DNA of 64,000 nucleotides, taken from an uncultured delta proteobacterium (GTDB lineage: Bacteria > Myxococcota > Kuafuiibacteriia > Kuafuiibacteriales > Kuafuiibacteriaceae). The stretch spans positions 192,001 through 256,000 of the forward strand of contig CAWDML010000002.1 of the NCBI GenBank assembly GCA_963803435.1, in the 5' to 3' direction. Of the stretch, positions 39,856 to 48,059 are shown one piece after another. How positions within the stretch are numbered: the first letter of the stretch is position 1; every line of letters begins with the position of its first letter. A model generated the notes under the pieces. The model was not told where the DNA came from. It was given only the letters and a program-made list of their open reading frames with translations, and did no database searches. The position numbers and the translations under genes are program-made.

Positions 39856-41180
39856 CAGAGCTCCACTGCGACCAGCTCGATCGTCACCGACTTCGGGCTC
39901 ACCGGTTGAAAGACGGCGATCGAGGCGCTCTTCACGATGTCCGTCCAGTGCGCCCCCTTCTGGCCCAGGCGCAGGTAGACGTTCTCGGCCCGCACCGGGA
40001 TGGCGGTGGGCGGCGAGAGATCCACGGCCACCTCGAGGCCCGGGATGGCGGCCTGCACCACGCTGGTGATCCGATCGCACGAGCTGATGCGCACGAACGC
40101 GGGCAGGTCCTTGCGGAGCGAGGAGTCGGAGACGTCGCCGCCGGCGATCAGGTAGAGCTGCGACTTCTTGAGGAGCTGCGGATCGATCCGCTGCGCCACG
40201 AACAGGCCGGGCTGGACCTGCTCGAGCGGGATCGGCTGGTACTGCTGGCCGATCACCGTGGTGAGCAGCGTGTGGATCCGATCGAAGATCGGGTAGAGCG
40301 TCTCCGCCAGCGCGGTGTGGTTGAAGGGCGGCACCGGCACCGGCTCGCGCTGGGGCTCGAAGGTGGAGAGCGCGCCCGCGATCTCGGCCAGCGCCAGGTA
40401 GAGTCGCTCCGGGTGGACGCGGCCCACCCGCGACAGGTGCATCATGCGGGGGAGCTGGGCGTTGAGCGTGTGCAGGAACCAGAAGGTGGCCATGTCGATG
40501 GAGCCGAACTCGACCAGGGAGGTGGAGCGCCCCCGGTAGCGGCTGGCCAGCGCGTCCTGCTTGGCGCCCATGGCCGTGATCAGGCGGGAGAGCCGGTTCG
40601 TCAGCGAGGGGCTGGCGGTGATCGCCAGGGCCGGCGGGACGTAGGCGTCGCTCACGATGAGCGCGCCGTTCTCGTTGAGCTCGAGCTCGGCCAGCTTGAT
40701 CGTCACGTAGCTCCGGCGATCGGAGGTGCCGAGCAGGAGCTGGGCGTTGGGGCGGACGCACTCGATCTCGGTGTCGTCGGCGGTGCCGTAAGCGTCGCGC
40801 AAGGTGCGTTGCACCCGGACGTAGCGGGCGTCGGGGGCCCCCATCTCGCCGGCGTAGCTGGTGGAGCCGCGGGCGGCGTCGCTGGGGACACAGAGGTAGA
40901 CCTCGGCGCGGCGGCTGGCGTCGAGCATCACCACCGCCTCCTTGACGGGGTGCTCGGGGCCGATCATCACGCGCATCCCGTCCGGCATCACCGCCGCCAG
41001 GCGCTTCACCTGGAAGACGCTGCGCACCAGCGCCTCCTCGTCGATCTCGAGCTGGGCGACGCCGAAGCCGTGGGGCTCGATCGTTCGCAGGCGTTGATCG
41101 ACCTCGTCCTCCAGGTAGGCGTCGAACGCCTGGAAGTGCTGGGGCATCACGTAGAGCCCTTCTCTCCACAGCGGTTTCAA
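39855..41180 (-). CDS. tssK: T6SS baseplate TssK
   Basis: PLWREGLYVMPQHFQ, VMPDG, YVPPAL, HPERLY, PPTAIP. Confidence 0.93.
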   Translation of the reverse strand: MKPLWREGLYVMPQHFQAFDAYLEDEVDQRLRTIEPHGFGVAQLEIDEEALVRSVFQVKRLAAVMPDGMRVMIGPEHPVKEAVVMLDASRRAEVYLCVPSDAARGSTSYAGEMGAPDARYVRVQRTLRDAYGTADDTEIECVRPNAQLLLGTSDRRSYVTIKLAELELNENGALIVSDAYVPPALAITASPSLTNRLSRLITAMGAKQDALASRYRGRSTSLVEFGSIDMATFWFLHTLNAQLPRMMHLSRVGRVHPERLYLALAEIAGALSTFEPQREPVPVPPFNHTALAETLYPIFDRIHTLLTTVIGQQYQPIPLEQVQPGLFVAQRIDPQLLKKSQLYLIAGGDVSDSSLRKDLPAFVRISSCDRITSVVQAAIPGLEVAVDLSPPTAIPVRAENVYLRLGQKGAHWTDIVKSASIAVFQPVSPKSVTIELVAVEL

Positions 41181-41190
41181 CAGTCGGCTC

Positions 41191-41676
41191 CTATTCGGCT
41201 CTCTCTTGCGCGATCACGCGGTTGTCCTGCAGCGAGGCCCGCACCGGGAAGTGCAGATCACCGGGCTTGCAGCGATCCACGATCCCGCTGACGTCGATGA
41301 CCCGCCGCCACTGCTCGCCCTCGATCTGCCGGAACAGCGCCACCACCGCCACGTACGAGGTGGCCGCCGGCACGGAGAGGGTGGTGATCTTCTCCTCGCC
41401 GGGGAACACGGTGAAGGAGGTCTTGGCGGTGACCGCAGGGCCGAGGGTGGCGTCGTCCTTCTGCCAGACCGAGTCGAAGTCGAGGCGCTCGATGGTGTCG
41501 CGATCCTTGAGGAAGTAGGCCCGCACCTCGACCGGCAGCGACTGGCCCTCCACGTTCACGTTCAGCATCTTGCCGCCTTCGACCAGCAGCTCGATGGGGA
41601 TCTCCTGGCACTTCGCGTCCGGACCCCCCAGCGTCGCGCATCCCGACGCGAGGATGAGGATGCACGCCCGGAGCAT
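41191..41676 (-). CDS. tssJ: T6SS lipoprotein TssJ
   Basis: LASGC lipobox, LNVNVEGQSLPVEVRAYFLKD, YVAVVALFR..WR. Confidence 0.88.
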   Translation of the reverse strand: MLRACILILASGCATLGGPDAKCQEIPIELLVEGGKMLNVNVEGQSLPVEVRAYFLKDRDTIERLDFDSVWQKDDATLGPAVTAKTSFTVFPGEEKITTLSVPAATSYVAVVALFRQIEGEQWRRVIDVSGIVDRCKPGDLHFPVRASLQDNRVIAQERAE

Positions 41677-41687
41677 CGGCGCGGACC

Positions 41688-43821
41688 CTATCCCGAAGGA
41701 ACTCGGAATACCAGGCGCACCGACCCGAGGTTCACCTCCTGGTTCGGCTCCAGCTTGGTGACCAGCACGGTCTGTCCGTTCGCCTTGAGGGCAGAGCCGG
41801 TGTCGAGGTCGACAATCTCGCACACACCGTCGTCGAGGCGCGCGACCGCGTGGCGCGGCGCGACCCCGGCGCCCCGCACGATCGCGCCTGCCGAGGGATG
41901 GGAGCCGATGATCTTCGGCCGGTCGGCCAGCTTGATGTGGCGGCCGTCGTCGAGCCCGCCCACCACCTGCAGGTACGGCGACGGTTCCTGCGCCGCGATC
42001 GGGTAGCGCGCCGCGAACTTGTAGAGGAAGGTGGTGTTGCCGATCTTGAAGGTGTCGCCGTCCTCCAGCGCCCGCGATTCGCCGCCGATGAACAGGACCC
42101 AGCGACCCAGCGCGTTGAGCTCGAAGCGCGCCTCGGCGGGCCGGCCGCTCATCGGCTTCACGCGGTAGTCGCCGTTGACGCCGACGGTGTAGCCGCTCCT
42201 GAGCACGACCGTAGGGGCGCCGGCGGGGATCGGGACCAACCAGCCGGCGACGTCGACCGTCTCCAGCTCGAGCGAGCTCAGCACCTGCGTGCGCTGCGCG
42301 GCGAAGCGGGGCGCGGCGGCCGGCGCCGAGGGATCCACCGGCGCAGGCGGGAGCTGCTCGCTGAGCTCCTGCACCGACATGGGCATGGTGGACTCGAGAT
42401 CGACGCCGGGATCGCCGACCTGCGGGAGCATGAGCTTGGGCTCGGGGTCCGGCTTCTCGCCGCCGAACTTGCGCAGGAACTCGGTGGGCCGGGGGAGGAT
42501 CCCGAACGGAGAGGCGGGCGCCGCCGGCGCGATCGGCGCGATCGGCGCGATCGGCGCGATCGGCGCGGGCGTTGCGATCACCTTGGCCGAGGGTGCGGTG
42601 TCCACGGGACGGATGGTCTCGTGCTCGTCGCTGGTCTCGACGACGGGTGCCTTTCGCTCGGGCGGACGCGGGAGGATCTTCGGCTTCGGATCCTCGACGG
42701 GCCGCTTCATCAGCTCCGGCGGCCGGCGCAGTCCCGGCAGCGTCTTGCCCAGATCGGGCTCGGCGGCGGGCGGCGGCGGCGTCTGCAGCTTATCCAGAAT
42801 CGCGGCGGCCGCGGCGCGCCGCTTCCTCCGCATCATCATCACGCCGAACCCGGCCAGCGAGAGCGACACGCCGATCGACAGCACCAGCACGATCGGCTTC
42901 CAGGGTGTCTTCGACTCGAACTCGTGCTGCGGCACGATGCGAGCGACCGGCTCCGACGCCACGTCGCCCACCGAGATCTGGAAGTCGTACTGCTGTCCGG
43001 TGAACACGCGCGGGAGCTCGTACTCGAGGATCCGCTGGTGGCGGATCTCGTCAGCCAGCCCGTGCAGGGCCTCCTTGAACTCCTCGTCGGTGCGGGTCGC
43101 GCGCATCGTGCCACGGCTCTTCTTGCTCAGCACTTCGAGCGTGCTCTTGAGCGGGACGTCGTCGATCGGCGCATAGCCGACCGTGTGGATCTGCGCCGAC
43201 TTCTCCATCGCGTGCCAGCCGAGCTCGGCGAACTTCTGCTGGTTCAGCTCCCGCGAGGTGCCGTCCGGAGATCACCACCACGATCCCGGGCGCCGGCTTG
43301 AGCGACTGCTCGATGGCGTCGGCGAGCTGCATCTCGAGGGCGTCGGGCTGGATCGCCAGCGCCTCGATCGCCTGGCGCGCGTCACCCGGTGTCTTGGCGG
43401 CGACGTCCGACTTCACTTGATCGGCGTAGCCGATGATCCGGATCTTCGAGCTCTGTGAGATCCCGCCGATGATCTCGAGGAGCCCGCGCTTGATCGGCGG
43501 CAGGACCGACTCCATCGACGGCCCCAGCTGAACCACGAACGTCAGCGAGAGGGGCTCGCCAGCCTCGCCCACGGTGGTGACCCGGGGCAGGGCTTGCTCG
43601 GGGAGGCCGTTGACCTGGAGCTGGTAGGCGCGCTGGACGCTCGGGGGTCGGGTGCGCCCCTGCTCGTCCAGGTCGGTGACGAACAGCCGCACCTTGGGAG
43701 GCGATTCGAAGCCAATCGCGTCGATCCGGAGCACCGGACGGGGCGAAAACGGGCTCGCATCCGCCTCGCCGGTCGCCATCGCCGCCAGGAGGATCAGGAG
43801 CGGAGCCGACCTTCGCGGCAC
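41688..43821 (-). CDS. Membrane protein: exported VWA-like domain, TM, Pro-rich linker, tandem FHA-like domains; frameshift near 43260
   Basis: Signal-like start, VVVIS(DG), IHTVGY, TM IVLVLSIGVSLSLAGFG-MMMRRKRR, LEDGDTFKIG, LEPNQEVNLGSVRLVF. Confidence 0.75.
42525..42567. repeat. 9-bp tandem repeat (CGGCGCGAT, about 4.8 copies) coding PIA repeats
   Basis: Read directly; in frame within the Pro-rich linker. Confidence 0.8.
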
Positions 43822-43897
43822 GCCGAGGTTTGTATCAGGTCTACGGGTCGGCTGCACCCCTCTGGACTCCCAACCGGATGTCCGGAACATTCCGAAC

Positions 43898-44926
43898 ATG
43901 GCTCTCGTCGTCAGGTCGGGCGCGCACAGCGTCGCCGGTCGGCGCGAGTCGAACGAGGACGCGATCCGCGCCGAGACTGAGGCCGGCCTCTTCCTCGTCG
44001 CCGACGGCACCGGCGGCCGCGGCGGCGGGCAGGTGGCAGCCCAGCTCGCCACCCAGACCATCGCCGCCGAGCTCATCCCGCTGGTCGCGGTCGGGGTGGA
44101 GCGCGCGGTGGACGCGGCCATCGCCAAGGCCCACCGGCGCATCCGCGAGAAGCAGGCGGAGCCCGCCTATCGGGGGATGGCCACCACGCTGGTCGTCCTC
44201 GCCGTGTCGAACAGCCGTCTCAACGTGTCGCACGTCGGCGACAGCCGCGCCTACCTTCTGCGCAAGGGCAAGCTCGTCAGCCTGACCCGCGATCACTCGC
44301 TCGCCAACTATCTCGCCGACAACCCGGGCAAGGCGCCCAAGATCCAGCGCCCCGCCGACACGCTGGTGCGGGCGCTCGGCCTCAACCCGGATCCACCAGA
44401 CGCCGATCACCGCTCGATCACGCTCGAGCAAGACGACGTCGTGCTCGCGTGCTCGGACGGCGTGTCCTCGTTCGTGCCCGAGTGGGCGCTCGCCGCCATT
44501 CTCGACAGCGCTCCCAACGTGGGCGAGCAGGAGGTGGCGCAGCTCCTCACCGAGGCCGCCATCGCGCAGGGCTCGATGGACAACGCCAGCGCCATCGTGC
44601 TGCGCGCCGCCGACGAGGGCGCCCTCACCGCACGCCCGCTGGGCTGGATCGCCTTCCTCGAGGGCCCGCGACAGGGCGACGTGATCGAGCTGGGCGGCAC
44701 CGCGCGCGTCGGAAAGGACGACGCCTGCGAGGTCGTCATCCGCGACGGCGACGCCGCCGATCGGCACCTCGAGATCCGCGGCGGCGCCCACGGCTTCGAC
44801 CTCAAGGATCTCGGCGGCGGCACCTTCCTCAACGACGTCCGTACCGAAGAGGCCGTGCTCGTCGACGGCGACGTGATCCGGGTGGGCGGGACGCGCATGG
44901 TCTTCAAGTGCCACCGCCCGGAGTGA
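43898..44926 (+). CDS. PP2C Ser/Thr phosphatase (PppA/Stp1-like) fused to a C-terminal FHA domain
   Basis: GRRESNED, LFLVADGTGG, HVGDSRAY, LTRDHS, CSDG, GSMDN; DLGGGTFLN..LVDGDVIRVG. Confidence 0.9.
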   Translation: MALVVRSGAHSVAGRRESNEDAIRAETEAGLFLVADGTGGRGGGQVAAQLATQTIAAELIPLVAVGVERAVDAAIAKAHRRIREKQAEPAYRGMATTLVVLAVSNSRLNVSHVGDSRAYLLRKGKLVSLTRDHSLANYLADNPGKAPKIQRPADTLVRALGLNPDPPDADHRSITLEQDDVVLACSDGVSSFVPEWALAAILDSAPNVGEQEVAQLLTEAAIAQGSMDNASAIVLRAADEGALTARPLGWIAFLEGPRQGDVIELGGTARVGKDDACEVVIRDGDAADRHLEIRGGAHGFDLKDLGGGTFLNDVRTEEAVLVDGDVIRVGGTRMVFKCHRPE

Positions 44927-45903
44927 GCCTCGCGATCTTGTCGCTCGCGCTGAGCGCGCGCGGACCCTTCCTCCGCCTCGAGCGTGTCGACGCGGCCCGC
45001 TGTGCCGAGGAGGGCGTGGTCACCGCGGCGATCGCCGAGCTGTCCCTGGAGGGCGAGATGGCCGACGCCGCGCCCGCCGACTATCGGCTGATCGTCGACG
45101 GCGCCAAGCTCGGTTCGCCGCCGGTGAAGGTCGAGACCTTCCGGGCCGGCCGTGCGCCGCTCTCGGTCGTGCTCGTCCTGCAAGCCAACCTGCCGTACCA
45201 GCAGGACATGGACGCGATCGCGGCAGGCGTCCGGGCGTTCCTGCGCGCGCTGCCACCGCGGGCGCAGGTCTCGATCTCCACCTACGGCGAGGGCGTCCGG
45301 CGGCTCGCCACCGACCGACCGCCCGAGGATGCCGCCCGCGCGCTCGAGGGCTTGACCGCCGGCGACTCCGCCGAGAGCCCCGCGCTCGACGCGCTCCGCA
45401 CCGCGCTGCTCGACCTCGGCGATCCCGACCCGAAGGCGCGCCGCCTGCTCATCGCCGTGTCCGACGGCCTGTCCGACGGCGCCGATCCCGACGCAGTGCG
45501 CGCGCTCGGCAACCTGGCCCGAGCCAAAGGCGTTCCCATCCTCCCGATCGCGTTCTCGGCCACCGACGAGCGGGCGCCGATGCTGGCCCTGGGCGAGCTG
45601 GCCAAGCGCTCGAACGGTACCTTCCGCTTCGCGAAGTCCGCCGGGGACGTGGAGGGCGAGCTGGCGCACCTGGCGCAGGAGATCGACCGGCAGCTCCAGC
45701 TCGACTTCGAGATCCCGGACCGCTGCGCGGCACGCCACACCCTCGCGGTCAGCCGCGGCACGCTCCGCTCGAACGTGCGCGACACACCGGCGTTCGAGGG
45801 CGCGGGGGTGGGGTCGGCCGGGTGGATCGGACTGGCGGCGCTGGCGGCGATCAGCGCCGCGTTCTTCGTCGTTCGAGGACGAGCTCGATCGCGGGCGGGA
45901 TGA
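44923..45903 (+). CDS. VWA domain protein with a C-terminal membrane anchor
   Basis: GTGA coupling; LLIAVSDG, GVPILPIAF, LAKRSNGTF; C-terminal TM followed by basic residues. Confidence 0.78.
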   Translation: MSLAILSLALSARGPFLRLERVDAARCAEEGVVTAAIAELSLEGEMADAAPADYRLIVDGAKLGSPPVKVETFRAGRAPLSVVLVLQANLPYQQDMDAIAAGVRAFLRALPPRAQVSISTYGEGVRRLATDRPPEDAARALEGLTAGDSAESPALDALRTALLDLGDPDPKARRLLIAVSDGLSDGADPDAVRALGNLARAKGVPILPIAFSATDERAPMLALGELAKRSNGTFRFAKSAGDVEGELAHLAQEIDRQLQLDFEIPDRCAARHTLAVSRGTLRSNVRDTPAFEGAGVGSAGWIGLAALAAISAAFFVVRGRARSRAG

Positions 45904-46504
45904 CCGACAGGATGATGATCGCGACGATCACGTACTGGAAGTTCCTCCGCACGCCGGGGATGTTGCCGAAGAAGTGGCCGGCCGAGGCGAACCCCGTGAC
46001 CCACAGGAACGCGCCGATCACGTTGAACACGAAGAAGCGCCGGTAGGTCATGTTCCCGATGCCGGCCACGAACGGGGCGAACGTGCGGACGATCGGGATG
46101 AAGCGCGCGAAGATGATCGTCTTTCCGCCATACTTCTCGTAGAACTTCTGCGCGCGCACGAGGTGCCGCTTGTTCAACCATCGGGAGTCCTCCCGATGGA
46201 ACACCTTCGGCCCGACGCGCAGCCCGATCTGGTAGTTCACTGCGTCGCCGAGGACGCCCGCGGTGACCAAGAGCAGGATCACGACCTCGAGGCGGAGGGG
46301 TGAGTCCGGAAGCGCGGTCACCGCGCCCACCGCGAAGAGCAGCGAGTCACCGGGGAGAAACGGCGTTACGACCAGCCCGGTCTCGCAGAAGATGATCACG
46401 AACAGCAGGAGGTAGAGCCAACCGCCCAGCCGTTGCGTCCACTCGACCAGCGTCGTGTCGAGGTGGAAAAATAGGTCGTAGAAGGTGGCGAACAGCTTTT
46501 CCAT
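45851..46504 (-). CDS. dedA: DedA family protein
   Basis: IIFCETGLVVTPFLPGDSLLF, ARFIPIVRTFAPFVAG. Confidence 0.93.
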   Translation of the reverse strand: MEKLFATFYDLFFHLDTTLVEWTQRLGGWLYLLLFVIIFCETGLVVTPFLPGDSLLFAVGAVTALPDSPLRLEVVILLLVTAGVLGDAVNYQIGLRVGPKVFHREDSRWLNKRHLVRAQKFYEKYGGKTIIFARFIPIVRTFAPFVAGIGNMTYRRFFVFNVIGAFLWVTGFASAGHFFGNIPGVRRNFQYVIVAIIILSVIPPAIELVLERRRTRR

Positions 46505-46632
46505 GGGGCGGCGACTCTGATCCCGATCTCGACGCTCCTAGCACAGCCCGCCTTCGCGAGCGAAGCCGAGGGGCCGATCATCGAGCTCACGGCGCTGTTC
46601 GGGCTGTCGGTGTGGAGCTGGTCGTCGCGCTG

Positions 46633-47322
46633 TCAGGCAAGAGCCGCGCTGTCCTTGCCATGGTGCTTCTTCTCGTCTCCGCGTTCTTCGTGTGGCGGTC
46701 GTTCTACGGGATGCGGATCGAGGTTGCTCGGAGCGCTGCTCCGGCGGAGTAGCTGCCGCCGCTTCCACCACCAGAAGCAGAACCCGAGCACGCCCACCAC
46801 GCCGAGGAGGGTGAGCTGGACGTCGAGCGCCATCGCCCGGAAGCGGTCGATCTGGTTCCCGCCGAAATAGGTCGCGAGCACCAGCGTCGGGACACTGATC
46901 AACGCAGCCGATCCGTCGTACACCAGCATCTTCCACGCGGGCACCTGGAGCGCACCGGCCGAGAAGAACACGCAGGCGCGCACGCCCGGGAGGAAGCGGC
47001 CGACGAAGAGCGCGCGGCCACCGTAGCGGACGAACATTGCGGAGGCCTTCTCGAGCCGGGCCTCGGTGATGAGGCGGCTCAGGAAGCGGAGCTTGAAGAG
47101 GCGGTCGCCGTAGCGGCGGCCGAGGCTGAACATGATCAGGTCGCCGCCCACCACCGCACCGAATGCGAGGGGCAACAGGATGTGGATCTGCGCGGTACCG
47201 AGGTGACACAGGTAGCCGGACACGAGCAGCGGGACGTCCTCCGGAATCGGGACGCCCATCCCGCCTGCCAACAGCACGAGGACGACGCCCAGATGGGGAA
47301 GCTGCTGGAGAAAGCTTTCCAT
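46633..47322 (-). CDS. DedA family protein
   Basis: GVPIPEDVPLLVSG, GRFLPGVR. Confidence 0.9.
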   Translation of the reverse strand: MESFLQQLPHLGVVLVLLAGGMGVPIPEDVPLLVSGYLCHLGTAQIHILLPLAFGAVVGGDLIMFSLGRRYGDRLFKLRFLSRLITEARLEKASAMFVRYGGRALFVGRFLPGVRACVFFSAGALQVPAWKMLVYDGSAALISVPTLVLATYFGGNQIDRFRAMALDVQLTLLGVVGVLGFCFWWWKRRQLLRRSSAPSNLDPHPVERPPHEERGDEKKHHGKDSAALA

Positions 47323-47374
47323 CTCGGGTCCCCCCAGGCTATATCGCGGGCGCGCCTGGCGCCAAGACAGAGGT

Positions 47375-48049
47375 GTGATTCGACTCAGTGACGTCTCGCG
47401 AACGTACGACGAGGGTGCGGCGCCCGTGTACGCGTTGGTCGGGGTCTCCCTGGAGATCGCAGCAGGTGCGCTGGTCGCGATCATCGGACCGAGCGGCTCG
47501 GGAAAGAGCACTCTCCTCAACCTGATCGGCGCCCTGGACCATCCTACGAGCGGCACCATCGCGATCGACGGCCAGCCGATCGAGCGCGCAGCGGACGATG
47601 TGCGAACGAGATTTCGCAGGGAGCGGATCGGGTTCGTCTTTCAATTCTTCAACCTACTCCCGACCATGACCGCCCGGGAAAACGTACTCCTCCCGGCGAA
47701 GCTCGCCGGGCACCGCAATCGAGCAACGTACGAGCGCGCCGATTTCTTGCTGGAAAACGTCGGGCTGGCCGATCGGAGGATGCACCGGCCCGATCGGCTC
47801 TCCGGAGGCGAAATGCAGCGGGTCGCCATTGCGCGGGCCTTGATGATGGATCCGCCGCTCCTCCTCTGCGACGAGCCCACCGGCAACCTCGACACCCAGA
47901 CCGGCGAGCAGGTGCTGGATCTGCTCATCGGTGCGGTGGACAACCGGCGGACGGTCGTGCTGGTCACCCATGATCCGCGGATCGCCGAGCGGGCCGACCG
48001 CGTCCTCACCATCCGTGACGGGCGCCTGGCCGGCGACGATCGGAGCTGA
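47375..48049 (+). CDS. ABC transporter ATP-binding protein (LolD/MacB-like)
   Basis: GPSGSGKSTLL, LSGGEMQRVAIARAL, DEPTGNLD, VTHD. Confidence 0.95.
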   Translation: MIRLSDVSRTYDEGAAPVYALVGVSLEIAAGALVAIIGPSGSGKSTLLNLIGALDHPTSGTIAIDGQPIERAADDVRTRFRRERIGFVFQFFNLLPTMTARENVLLPAKLAGHRNRATYERADFLLENVGLADRRMHRPDRLSGGEMQRVAIARALMMDPPLLLCDEPTGNLDTQTGEQVLDLLIGAVDNRRTVVLVTHDPRIAERADRVLTIRDGRLAGDDRS

Positions 48050-48059
48050 CGGAGCCGCC

